A stretch of DNA of 64,000 nt from Epiperipatus broadwayi. Its lineage: Eukaryota > Animalia > Onychophora. A program made the position numbers and the translations under genes. The notes beneath the pieces are model-generated. The model did not search any database, was not told where the DNA came from, and was given only the letters and a program-made list of their open reading frames with translations. Below, in pieces: positions 24,927 through 37,852 of this stretch. The stretch covers positions 1,488,001 through 1,552,000 of the forward strand of contig JAQFVV010000011.1 in assembly GCA_028023455.1 (NCBI GenBank), in the 5' to 3' direction. The first letter of the stretch is position 1; each line of letters begins with the position of its first letter.

Positions 24927-26402
24927 ATGACGAAGAAGTCATCAAAAAAGAACAAGGTGATAAATAAAGGTTTGAAAGGTGATGAAACTATAATATCTAA
25001 AGATGGAGGTGATAATGTGAGAATTCTGTTGTCGTTAGTAATAACGTTACGACCGAAGTAAAAAGTATTGAGCTACGCAATAAAAAAAGAAAACTGGATA
25101 AAGAAAATAATATTAGTGCATTCAAGGAAAAAAACCAGGACACAAAGGAAGAGGATTTATGTTTACATGTGGGGAAAAATGCAGATAAACAGGATACAAG
25201 TTATCTAGATTTTAGTGATAATATGCTTGCGGATAACGTTTCTTGTCAACCCTCATCAAGGGCCTTCATTTGCTTAAACTCTTACTGGAAAAGGATATTT
25301 ACTAGTTGTATGTCGGCATGTACGTCCATTTTTAGTTTAATTATGCAATCTAATGAGTCCAGCGGTGAACATGTCCTTGATAAACCTGATATAAACGAAT
25401 ACCTTAAGGTTCTTGATCAAAATAGTTTATTAAATACGGTTAAACATACAGCTTTCTTTGCTGCAAGGGGTTTTGTTTCTATTGAGTATTCTACCACCGA
25501 TCAAAAAGAAAAAGCGGAGGCAACGATAAAAAAAATTCAAAATAAAAAAATATATTACGTCTCGAAAGAACCGAACCCCCTAGTTTACGGAAAAGTTTTG
25601 CATACTCCGCCTAATTTTGATGTTGAGTTTTTTAAGTCGGAAATGGCATTGTATGCCGAAGTTAATAAAATGGAAAGATAAAACACCCGGAACTGCATTT
25701 CAAATCCCCTCAAATTCATGGTCAATTGTGCTGAAAATGAACAAGGGCATTTCAAGGGAACAGATCCCACATAAAATTTTTAAAGATCATATGCCAATCT
25801 CCATTATTATTAAAGGTAGGCCACCCGTTTGTTTTAGATGTAATCGTATTGGTCACATTGCAGCTCTGTGTGATGCTGGGCCATGTGTCAAATGTAATAA
25901 ATTCAATCGTCTAAATCACTACTGTAACATAGCTCCATTAAAATCTTGGGCTAATGTTGTAAATATTATTCTTAAAAAAGATTTTTTATACGAGCAGGAA
26001 ATTATTGATGATCTCAAACTGGATAATGCTGCACCTGCTCAAATACAGAGGCAGTGCCTAGTTGATGAAAGCTCAGCAATTATCGAAAATGAAGAAACAT
26101 ACGTTGAGGTAAATGATATAGAGAAAACGGAAAACAACATAATTAATAATGATAATAATAAGCATGTTGACATAACTGATATAGAGAAAACTGAAGTAAA
26201 GAAAAAAAAAAAAAAGCAAATAGAACATTTTCTGTCAAATGTCCCTGGAAGGCACCCATCTTTAACTGAGTCAGAACTTGAAACAGAGAAACTAAACCAA
26301 AATGAAATGGAACTGGAAATAGTAAATCTATACCATAATGAGACTGGTGTTAATATGAATGATTGTGGTCATGAAAGTGGCTATAGTAGTATAAGGCAAT
26401 GA
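24927..26402 (+). pseudogene. LINE ORF1 (RRM-like region plus zinc knuckles), two frameshifts
   Basis: ATG 24927 (MTKKSSKKNK), shift in 25016-25058 into the 25169 frame, shift near 25680 into the 25617 frame; knuckles CFRCNRIGHIAALC and CVKCNKFNRLNHYC at 25830-25925. Confidence 0.85.
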
Positions 26403-26420
26403 AATCTTTGGATCCGCACT

Positions 26421-29400
26421 ATGTATAAGTCATTAAATATAGTCACCATTAATGTTAGAGGCATCAACAGCCATGACAAGGTACTAAAGCTTACTGATTA
26501 TCTTGCTTCACAAAAATTTGATATTGCTATTCTAACAGAAACAAAGATAAATGTAAACACACCTGAACAGTTTATCGATCAAATTAAACGGAAAGGTCTA
26601 TTATTGTACAAGCAGAACATTAGACTGGCACAAGGTATTGCCATTCTAATTAATATAAAGTCTAAAATTTATAAGGTGCGGATCATAAGTATGCAGATCA
26701 ATCACATAGTAATCTCTTTTCAAATGCAAGAACAGATGCACTATGTTGTAGCAATTTATTCGACAAATAGAGGAAGGGAGGTGCCCAAAATTATTAAAGA
26801 GATGCAGTTCCACTTGACTTTGCGTCCAGGAATAGTAATAATTGGAGGGGATTTTAATGTCATGTTTCAGGACATTCCAGTTCAGTTAAAAAATAAGTTG
26901 CAGGATATTGATGTGCTGCCATGTCAAAGTAAATATGGAGCAAATGCCTTTACCTTTTTTAATAGTCGTTACTCATCACTGATTGATTTGTTTTTCATTT
27001 CGAGATCTAAGATAAAAGATGTTGAAATTGATACTTCAATTGTTGCTTTCTCTGATCACCTGCGTGTAAAGTTGGTGGTAAGGCTCTATGATGGGGATCC
27101 AGAATGTAGCTACCAGTTTAGCATAAAAAAAATATTAGTAATTCATTCAATTTGACCTGTGATCAGAGATCGAATTTAATTGTAGCTTCTTGTTACTTCA
27201 CTAAGCAAACAGCCTTGTCTCCATGTGTGACTTGGATTAGATTGAAAAAACTTATATCTGATGTCTGTTCTTCTGGAATGGAACTGGATTTGTCTCAAAA
27301 CCAAATGAAATCCCGCTTAAATGACATTGCTAAAACCTTGCATTCTTTAACTACTCTATCTAATAATCGCTCATTGATCAACTCCCTGCATGACATCTAT
27401 AAGAAAATGCAGGAAGAAATATATGCTATAAGATTGCGAAAGATACTCCCTAATATTGCCTGCATCATAAAACCAACATTGAACTATGCCAAGGTGTACG
27501 TGCCTCAGTCTAGAGGTATCACATGTGTCAAAACTGAGAATGGAGAGGTTTTGTCAGGGCTGCATGTGGATCAGCACATATATAAAAATCTGCAAAACAC
27601 TATGGGAAATGATGAAAGGAATTCAGACCATTGGCCAAAGATGATGGTGGCCAAGGATCAGCAGTATATCTCACACCTGGATATTAGTGAGGAAATAACT
27701 AGACTATCAAATCACACAGTTACTGCTCATGATTCTATACCTGCCAGAATTTAAAAATCAATATCTTACTTGATAATTGAAGTGCTTGCAAAATATTACA
27801 ATCAGTTGTGTGCACAACCAATAGATTGGCCAATGATTAATAACAGAATAATTTTTTGTATAAAAAAGAATAGGAATATACACATCCCATATGTAAATGA
27901 CCTGAGAAATATTACTATCGAGGACATTGACTCAAAAATATTTGCTAGAATTATATTGAAGAAATTGTATAATAGAATAAAAAATAGAATTTCAGTGGCT
28001 CATTACGCTATTAAAGGTAAGAGAGCAACTGATGCAATTATGAAGATCCAGGATGCAATCAGATATGCCAGGTGTAATAAGTTAACTCAATTCTTTGCAA
28101 TGCAGATAGACTTTAAATCTGCATTTGATGTGGTTGATTGGTCATTTCTGTCTAGTTCATTAACACCACTTGTGGAGGGTGAGGAGAATCTAATTACAGC
28201 AATCAACAATTATGTGACCAACGGGAGAATAGCGCTTAAAAACTTTGCAAGGCATTCTAATTTCTTTGTTCCATCAAGGGGGATCCCACAGGGGTCTCCT
28301 CTGGCAGCCCTCCTCTTTGCCGTTTATCTGGATCCGATGATTAGGGAAATAGAAGCCTCAACCAATGGGATTTTCTTACCGCAGCTTGGTGCCTTTGTCG
28401 ATGATGTTATTATTATATTCGAGAATGTGGCCAGTGTGCATAGAATCTTTAACATCTTAAATAAATTTCAGATCTCTACAGGCTCATGTATTCAGTCTTC
28501 CAAGTCGGCTGCATGGCAATTGGCCACTGCCAAGAGAATCCCATGTGACTTCTTGGGCACACCTTCCTCCTTTCTAGGGTTGCCTCTCTATCTGTCTAAA
28601 ACTAAAATGAGTGCCCATTTGAACAAACTGGTTGTAAAAATCATCAAAACTAAAATAAATGCCTTTTCCCCATTTAAATTGTATGAAACAACCAGAGCAA
28701 AGGTTTTTAACGCTATTGCTGTTGGTGTGCTCTCTTACTATGGACCATGGATGAAAATCTTTAATGCCACTAGTCTTAAGATCATTCAATTGGCAAAAAG
28801 ATATATTTGGGGTAAGAAGTATAGCCTGATACCTACTAAAATAATGCAGCTACCGATTGGAGAAGGGGGTCTCAATTTAATTGACCCTAAGTCATTGGTG
28901 AGCTTCATTAAGGCAAGAGCTTATTTAAGGATCATTGACGATAATTCGCTCAGGCCGCTAATACAGAATATTAATATAGATTCTAACCTGGGGTCGGACG
29001 GAGTATCTTATTTTGATGATATGATGATTGCATACAGGGATATCCAGGATGATCTAAACGTAGAGACCTTAGATAATTTAAAATATAAAGAGCTAAAAAA
29101 TAGAGAGCTTTCTAATGAAAACTCCTGGCTCAATGCCTCATTAAAAAAAATTCTAAAAAATTTCCAATCTATTTGTACATCACAGTCTGTTATGAAATTT
29201 ATTTTCAGATTGATAAATGGAATTTTGCCAACCACCACTTTTTTAAACCAAAGGCTGAAAATGGGCCTGGATGTTCTATGCAAATGCTGTAACAGATCCG
29301 ACGAGACCTTTCTTCACCTGATGGAGGAATGTACAGCCTTTAGTGATTTGAGATCTATGGTCTTTCATAAGCCTATTGTGAATCTAAGACTCTTATTTAA

Positions 29401-29635
29401 AGAAAACATTGTTTTATTCAAGCCTCATAATGCCATAGTTATTGTGCATGTAATGAGAGCAATATGGATATCTAGGTGTGCTCTGATCTTTGATAACAAG
29501 AAGATATATTTGGAAAAAAAAAAGGAAAAAGAATGGGATGACATGTTTTATAAAGGTTTGAAATTTTGGCCAAGAAAAACGTTTTTATTGGTATGGGGTG
29601 GTTATGTTCCTACAAGGTGTGAAATGTGGAGCTGA
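26421..29635 (+). pseudogene. LINE ORF2: APE endonuclease - reverse transcriptase - zinc finger
   Basis: TINVRG, ETK, GGDFN, IDLFF, SDH (APE); QIDFKSAFDVVDW, RGIPQGSPL, FVDD, GGLNLID (L1-type RT); CKCCNRSDETFLHLMEEC. One frameshift at the A8 run 27125-27132 and an in-frame TAA at 27752-27754. Confidence 0.95.
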
Positions 29636-29994
29636 ATGCACTTACAGAACACTGATTAAATGAAAGGTGGAGATAATGTAATTTACTGGATACATTTGAA
29701 CTTAATTTATTTTTTAAAGTAATGATTGTTACGATGTATGTACTGAATCAAATGTAAATATAGTTTTTTTAAATAAAAAAAAAAAATGTACACAATATAT
29801 AAACATAATATATTGCTGAAAATTTTAACTTATATACAATAAATAAAAATAAAATTATATTAAACTATTATAATAAATAATTAATTATTTAATATTTTCA
29901 ATCTGTAAAAATTATCATTGGAGCAAGAATCATCTTTACAGATTTAAGATATGTTAGATAGTATATTATTTATTATATATTTTAAATTAGTAGC

Positions 29995-30150
29995 AAACTC
30001 TCTATACTGTAGCGCCACCCAGTGCAAGCCTTAATAACCAATAAATGCAAGAATACTTGTGCATAAAATCTCTAACTAATGCATACTCACCCAATATCCC
30101 TAGACTAGTTCACAGCTTGCGTAAGCATAGAAAAAGGTGACCATGTGATG
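29995..30150. repeat. Fold-back family B, internally deleted copy
   Basis: Left arm (GCAAACTCTC...GCGCCACCCAGTGCAAGCC...GTGCATAAAATC...CCTAGACTAGTT) joined directly to the family's right-end tail ACAGCTTGCGTAAGCATAGAAAAAGGTGACCATGTGATG. Confidence 0.7.
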
Positions 30151-32637
30151 TCAATTATTAGATCATGGCTTTATCTTAAAATAATGTTAAAAAGAGCATT
30201 TAAATACTCTCTAATACTAATATACGATGTTACAAGTCAAATTCCAAATTGTAAACTGTGACAATACAAGAATCACATGATCAGTTTCAAGGAAACCATT
30301 TTCACTGCTTACATCAAACCCCAATATCATTTAATAGTTTGTGTAATTTTAAACTTTCACACTTTGAAAAAAAGCAATTCAAAATCTTCTTACTATGAAG
30401 AGGAATCAAGACAACTCTAATTTATAGTTAATATTGTTGAGACTTGGTGCAGCTGATATTCACAATTCAAACTTCAGCTAATCTTATAGTTAAATAATAA
30501 ACTAATAGATGATACTTAGATATTCTTATTCATAATCCAAAATATTTTTTTATTTCATTACATATATAAACACATATATAACATACACATCTACATAAAA
30601 GACTTTGTGACTTAATAATAAATGATTTAATATGGATCATGCCCATAACCAGAAGTCCAAAATCATAATGGAATGGAAAATGTTTCAGATATTATAAGTT
30701 GAAATTTTTGACATTTTAAGTTCTAGATATTTTAAAAATAATCATTTTCCCATTTTAAAGATATTTATTTTCCCATTTTAAGACCTAAATATTTTAAAGA
30801 TATTCCATCAATAGAAAATTCTGCTAGCCACCCCATTACTGGCCAATAAATGAATATCTATCTATTATAATATGCAAATTTTCCTAAATTTTAAATATTC
30901 AAATATGATCTCTTTTTTTGGAATGAATTCACTAGATAAAAAAATGCTATACAATGTGGATGAATATCATCTTCACATTCATGGTTTAAAAGTTCACTAA
31001 CTCTTAAAATCATCTATATAGGCATCAAAATCCATGGTTTACATAAACAAACATAATCGGTGTAATAACTTAGAGTACAATGTAATAAAAATATAGAGAA
31101 AATTGCTTTCTAGTTTGATAGCATTGAAAAACAAACAACTAACACAAGCCATGAGTTATAATCGGTTTAATTTTTCTAAGTGATGTCTGTTACATTTCCA
31201 TGACATTAATAAATGATCTGTGATAATCAAATAATTTTTCTTGCATAAGTATGAAATTGATAGTAAGTGTCTTACTGACACAACAAAAATTATTAAAGTT
31301 TGTTTAATTTCTAATTATTACATTATTAGATTTTCACGACATGTTATGTTAGTAGAATTTAAAATATTCAAAGTAGTACTCCAATCAAGATGAGCAGAGT
31401 TATTAAAAAAACAATGTAATAATAAGTAGAGTGAATACTAAGATCATGAATGAAACAGAGCAGGATAATGATTTATAATATCAAAGGAGATGGGAAAGAT
31501 TGATTACTGTTTGTCTGAGTGTATAGGTTGTAGACTAATTATTATTAAAAGGAGGTTGCCTTGACAACAGTTTGAGATTGTTATTGATATTGGGATTGTT
31601 TAAGTGTTGACTGGTTTTAATGATTAAATAATAGAAGGATGCAAACGTTTATTATATTGAAAGTAATAAAAGACTGAAAAAAAAATTAGATACCATTTAA
31701 AGATCAAGAATAAAAGGGTTAAAATGATAAAAGTGATAAAACGAAATCACAAATGATTACTGAAGATGAGGAAGCAGCTTTAATAGTGAGATTTTTTTTT
31801 TAAGTATCAGCAAAGTTCACTGTCACAAGAAAATACGTACACACTTGCGTGGATGTTTGCTGTATACATATTCATATAACCGTATTATTACAATAAAATG
31901 GTTCTAAAAATAATGATTCACTTTTCATTACTTTTATAACCAATTCAAAGACAATGGTCTGCTTTTAAATCCCCAGGTATTTTAATAGTTTTCTGAAAAT
32001 TCAACATTAATAATCAAACTAACATTATTTTCTGTAATAAATTTAACAGACATTATTTACAATGTCTAAAATATTTTATGTAAGTTTCAAAAAGTAATTA
32101 ATTTTATAGAATAGTAATTGCTGATTATTACAGTTCATTAACTTTTAATATATATACGTGCATATAAGTTGAGAAACATGTTATCATTTTTTATATAAAT
32201 TATTGTATTAAATAATTTAAAACCTTCACTTTGGCATTCATACAAACACCGAATTTGAACCCCTAGGATTGGCATGGAGATGAAAGCACTAACCGCGGTA
32301 CTACTAAGTTATTTCCTTTATTCTTAAATTTATAGCCACAAGATAAAATTTTCTATTGCATTGCTTATAAACAGTTACTAAAAGATACTAAAAATCAAAA
32401 AAAAAAATCAAACTCCATTACTAATTTGGACTCACATGCAAACATTTTTATTATTAATAATCATAAAATTTATATTATTTTAAATCTTCCATAGTTTTTT
32501 GAGATATAATATATAACATGTACATACTAAAAATAAAAAGATAATAATATAATAATTATAACCTTAATAGAATTAATATTTCCCGTACTATAGTTTTTAT
32601 TATTATATTAAAAATAATAATAATAATAAATAAATAC

Positions 32638-33272
32638 ATTGTACAGGCTTAAACCTGCATTTATATATGTAATATATGTGGGATTCAAACTCAGACTTTC
32701 ACACGACCCACTACACTCAGTGCCATCTCATATTGCTGACCCACCTGATCACACACATGTTGAAAAGATAAATCATCACCAATATACGTATTTCATGCTA
32801 AACCAGCAATCATCAGTTGGTCTAGATTACTATCCTCACACATATATATAATCAGTGTTCAGCTTTTATATTAAGATAGCCAATCTTCATACTTTAATGT
32901 TTAGTCTTCAAACTATTCCAACTCACACCTCTTCAGTCTTCCATTTCATTGAAAATCTGATAATGGAACGTTCAAAGCCCTTGTTAGTGCCAAGGTTGTC
33001 ATCCTACCCATGTTGACATATTAGTCATTCTGACCCCTCATGTACAGGAGAATAATCCATTTATACATACTTATGTGAGGGATGGGCAGACCTTTTACAC
33101 ACTTTATATAAATTAATACATCGTACAGGCTTAAACCTGCATTTACATATGTAATATATGCGGGATTTGAACTCAGACTTTCACACGACCCACTACTCTC
33201 AGTGCCATCCCATATTGCTGACCCATCTGATCACACACATGTTGAAAAGATAAATAATCACCAATATACATA
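32638..33272 (-). mobile_element. Hammerhead-containing repeat family H2, ~482-bp tandem unit plus partial copy
   Basis: 32638-32790 is duplicated at 33122-33270; hammerhead at 32775-32829; tRNA-like B box GAGTTCAAATCCC at 33162-33174 (minus). Confidence 0.8.
32775..32829 (-). ncRNA. Type I hammerhead ribozyme motif, family H2 (near intact)
   Basis: Minus strand: TAATCT-AGA-CCAA-CTGATGA-TTGCTG/GTT/TAGCAT-GAAA-TACGTA-TA-TTGG-TGATGA; palindromic stem III ATACGTAT, AUA triplet, predicted cut between 32783 and 32782; U-U at the stem II closing pair. Confidence 0.85.
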
Positions 33273-33480
33273 CAATAATAATAATAGCAACAATATGCAT
33301 CTTTTAAGATCGGTTGAATAAAAATCATTCAAGTGCTTTAGAAAAGAATATGTATACACACATAAATTCTTATATACTGGTTCTTTATTCCAGAATTTCC
33401 ATAGAAAGCATCATATAATTATTTATATTCTTTATATCAAAAAAGATATAACCATTTGCTGTAGTTAACATAATTTGTAT

Positions 33481-34440
33481 AAAAGGCAAAACTCTCCATT
33501 CAATAGTGCCACTCAGTGCAAGTCAGAGTAATCAATGGATGCCAGAAGGCTTGTGCATAAAATCCCTATCTAGTACCTACTCATCCAATATCCCCACACT
33601 AGTTTCTGGCTTGAGGCTTTCACCAATGAGGAGCCTTGGATCTGAGAGCACTGCACCTAGATCTTAGGATCTAATGCAACTCTCTGGCAGTCACCTTTTA
33701 TCTCTAGTTAACTACAAAACTATGAGAATAAAATTGAAAACACAATAATATTTTTAATCTAAGCTCATTAGCTTATCTAGTCAATCAGGTCTTAACTCAG
33801 TCCAGTACCCATACATTTTGAGTTTCTTTGGTTTTTTAATAACCACAGCCACCACTATCCTATTAGGCAGGATTGGTATTAAACCACTAAACATCATATG
33901 ACCACCATTTCTTATGCTTGCCCGTAGCTGTTATTAAAACAGGCAAAACTCTCCATACAGTAGTGCCAATTCAGTGCAAGCCAGAGTAATCAATAGATTC
34001 CAGAAGGCTAAGGTTATTAAAGAACCAAAGACACCAAAATGTAAGGGTAATGAACTGAGTTCAGACCTATATGACTATATAAGCTAATGAGCTTAGATTG
34101 AAAATATTATTGTGTTTTCAATTTTATTCTCATAGTTTTGTAGTTAAAGAGAGATAAGAGATGGTTGCTGGAGGGTTGCATTAGATCCTAAGATCCAATT
34201 GCAGTGTTCTCAGGTCCAAGGCTCATCACTGACAAAGGCCACAAGCTAGAAACTAGTCTGGGGATATTGGATGAGTAGGCACTAGATAGGGATTTTATGC
34301 ACAAGATTTCTGACATCCATTGATTATTCTGGCTTGTACTGAGTGGTACTACTGTATGGAGAGTTTTGCCTGTTTTAACAACAGTTATGAGCAACCATAA
34401 GAAATGGTAATGATGTGATGTTTAGTAGTTTAATATAATT
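33481..34440. repeat. Fold-back family B, large inverted repeat with ~360-bp arms
   Basis: 33481-33845 is the reverse complement of 34019-34375; the centre (33870-34018) is a direct partial copy whose reverse complement is 34300-34440. Confidence 0.9.
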
Positions 34441-35485
34441 TGTCATGTTTATATACTACTGTTTTTAATATATATTGTAAAAAAAGTTGTAAATGCTTAC
34501 AATTTTCACAAAATAAATAAAAAAATTGTTTTTATCATATATGAAAAAAATGTCCACATAATAGAGTTCAAAATGAATATTAGGTGCATTATTGTTTAAC
34601 ATGTTCATATCATAATAGAATGAAAACATTTTACACAATATGACCATTTAATTTGGTTTTAGTTTGATTTAACAAAGTAAATAGGTTATCTTCACAATAA
34701 GCATACTTAAACATTTTTCATTAATTATCACTGGTTTTAAACTTTAAACTATTTTTTTTTGAAGACACTCAAAGTTTATAATAAACTGAAAATCTACACT
34801 AATGAATTAAAAGTTTTTACTATAGAAAACTATTATACATATTATACTACTGAAGATAAAAGTTTTTATACAAAAGATCTCAAAATTATCACATTACTGT
34901 GCCTAGTCACAATTTGGAGATCAAATATGGATGAAAAATGTATTTTTTTTTCAAGTTTCAAGCAAACTAAAGTCTTATTCAAGAAGATTAGAATATAGCT
35001 AATCCAGCTAATCAATCAATTATAGGCTAAATAGTGGATATTTAGTAATTTTTGATAAAGGATAAGCCATCACTTGACATTCCACTAATTGTATGAATGC
35101 TATCTTCTGCTTTTGTAAAAAGAGATAATGGACGAACTCTTTCTCTGCAATGGAATGTTTCTATTTTATTCTAAACATTTTTGTTCTATTTTCTGTATAT
35201 ATATTTGAATTTTATTTACTATCTTTCAATGTATTTATTACACAAGCAAAACATCATAAACTCAAATACCTATTATTCAAAACTTCTACTATCCAAACAA
35301 AACTAAAGAGAATTCTTATTTTTTATTACTATATAAATGAGAAATTAGTTTGCTTGTTACTTAATACCTCAACAAATATTATACCAATCTTGCATAATCT
35401 TCCTTTTTTTGTGTGGAGATTTACATAGGCTTTGAATTTTCACTTTATGATATTTAATTGTTTTAAAAGCTTTGGTAATTTGTAA

Positions 35486-36715
35486 AAAGAGTTTAAATAC
35501 ACATAGAAATAAACAGAATATTAGATGTGAGTTAATATATGATAATAGTAAGGAAAGTAGTTTATTGTTTAAGGCTCAAATGGGATCTTTAGCAACAAAA
35601 GAATATACATGTAAATGGGAAAATATGGTGTGATATAGTCTGTAAATTATGTAAGGAAGGAATAGAAAATATTAGGCATCTGTTAATTGAATGTAAATGC
35701 TTGAAAACAGAAAGGGTACATATAATAAAGTTATGGAAGAATAAATATGAAAAAAATGATTTTACAGAAAATGGATTATTGGTTTTTATGCTGGGTTTGG
35801 GAAAAGATAAGGGGGATTTAGATGTAAAGGCCATAGAGTTGACAAAGATTATGTTGTGAAAATGGGATGGAGCAGAATATGGGAAAACTTAGAGTGGGGA
35901 ATAGAAAATAAAGTGGCAAATAGGTTTCTCTGGGCATAATTGCTGGGAGATTTTTGACTTCGTTTAAGATTAAGCTACAGTACATCACATCACATAAGCA
36001 ACAGGATGGGTGAGAAAGGTAGTACAGCATGCAGAAGACTTGGATAAAGAATTTATGTCAATACACATATACAAAAGGTGGAAAGATTATGTTAGGAGAA
36101 TTGTTGAGTGTTATAGTGGTAAGGAATAGGATAGAAGAATAGATGTATTAATAAAGAATAGGCAGTTGGAGAGATGGAGTACTAGTATAGAGAGTAAAAG
36201 GAGTTTAAATATACATAGAAACAAACAGAATATTAGGGGTGAGTTAATTTATGATAATAGCAAGGAAAGTAGTTTAGTGTTAAAGGCTCGAACAGGAACC
36301 TTAGCAACAAGAGAATATACATGTAAATGAAAAAATGTGGGCGATTTAATCGACAAGTTGTGTAAGGAAGGCATAGAAGATATTAGGCATCTGTTAATTG
36401 AATATAAATGCTTGCAAGTATGAAGTTGTGGGAAAATAAATATAAACAAAATGATTATATAGAAGGTGGGTTCTTGGTTTTTATGCTGGGTTTGAGAAAA
36501 AATAAGGGGATTTAGATATAAAGGCCATGGAATTGATAAAGATTATGTTGTGGAAATGGGATGGAGTAGGATAGAGAAGAATGAGAAAAATTTAGGGTGG
36601 GGAATAGAAAGGGATGTAAAGTGGGTAACACGTTTCTCTGGGCATGGTAGCTGAGAGATTCCTGATTCTGAAAAAGGAGAAGTCATAGTGCATCTCATCA
36701 TCATAATTAAAAAAA
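35486..36715 (+). mobile_element. Two head-to-tail 3' fragments of a LINE with a C-terminal CCHC zinc finger
   Basis: 35486-35997 and 36000-36715 are homologous; translation SSL(V/L)(L/F)KARTGTLATREY...KLCKEGIEDIRHLLIE; (CATCA)n-like tails; third copy at 63081-64000 (minus). Clade not assigned. Confidence 0.8.
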
Positions 36716-37149
36716 TTTTAAGCAGGTAAAAAGTATGTTATGGTCTGCATATTGAAATATACACTACAGCAATGGGAGAATTATAGTTTTTGGTAAAGCA
36801 AGGTACAATTTGATTTTGGAAATATATCTTAAATTAATTTATGCCACGTATTTAATTTATCACTTGGAAGTGGGGCTTGAACAAAATATCAAGAAGTTAA
36901 GCTTTCACAACCAGTTTTAAAAATTAGTTCATCACGTGAGAAATATTTTTAAACTAACATTCTAAAAGTTGATCAAATTCAGCGTATAACTGATCATAAA
37001 GTTGTATTTTTTTGTGATACAGCTGTTAACTTATGTATTATTATTTCATGTAAGTAAAACATAAATATATAAGCCTGAGAACATTTACATATAGCATTAT
37101 ATTCTTTTATTCTAATAACATGAGCAAAGCCATAGGTGCAGATAGTAAT

Positions 37150-37640
37150 ATATATATATATTAAAAAAAATGCTTTTATTCATATAAATGCATTAAAAAA
37201 GTAAAATTTAATTTTTCTTCAGATTTCACAACATTTTTGATATTATGAGAGAGAATAAAAGATTGTTCACTCATGTTTAGGAACATTGTAAAACTGAAGA
37301 AAATAAATTTTTTATTTTAGCAATTTTTTTTAATGCATTTATGTTAATAAAAATGTTTATTTAAAATTTTTTATTTTTATTTTCTAGTTTTCAATGTTAT
37401 ATAATTTCAAAAATTAAGTTTAAATACAATTGAATACCACTAGATGGCAGAATATAAAAAATTAAATTTTTGTTTTGCTAAAATTGTAATCTAAAAAAAT
37501 GTATTGGCATTGGGAAGACATATGTATATAAAGTTTCAACTAAATCAGCAATTGAGAAATAGGGAGAAATTGAATTACAAGATTTAATCAGATAGACAGA
37601 CAGACAAAAAATAGAGTAAGCTAAATAAAAGCATATAGAA
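37150..37640. repeat. Possible non-autonomous Helitron/DINE-1-like element
   Basis: AAGTTTCAACTAAATC motif followed by (GACA)n microsatellite and AAATAAAAGC end; contains CCACTAGATGGCAG at 37437-37450. Resemblance only. Confidence 0.35.
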
Positions 37641-37852
37641 ATAATTCAATAAATATTATAAATTAATAAGCCTAAATGCAGCGATCTGCCTGTTTTTTTT
37701 TGTTTTCCATACCAAAATTTGGGTTTACTATTAATGGGTAAAATATTTTTAAAATTTGAAAAAATTCTTGAATCAGAAAAAGTCTGGAAACCAGGGATTT
37801 TAGCTTGATAATGTCTTACTTATATAACATTTCGTATATCATTTAAATGTTA

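Larger units (their letters stand above)
24840..29786 (+). mobile_element. Near full-length L1/Tx1-clade LINE (two ORFs, inactivated in this assembly)
   Basis: 5' CACTTCCGG start, ORF1 with CCHC knuckles, ORF2 with APE endonuclease, RT and C-terminal zinc finger, short 3' UTR, AATAAA and A12 tail (29775-29786). No convincing TSD. Confidence 0.95.

Noticed and set aside
27120-27155. Programmed -1 frameshift between endonuclease and RT at the A8 run
   Set aside because: L1-type ORF2 is normally one frame, no downstream stimulatory structure was evident, and the copy has other lesions; a homopolymer indel or assembly error is more likely.
33500-33545. Twister-ribozyme-like GCC-ACTCAG-TGCAAGC-CAGAGT in fold-back family B
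   Set aside because: A hairpin with an AAGC loop is present, but the UAA cleavage strand, P1/P2 and pseudoknot pairings could not be drawn.
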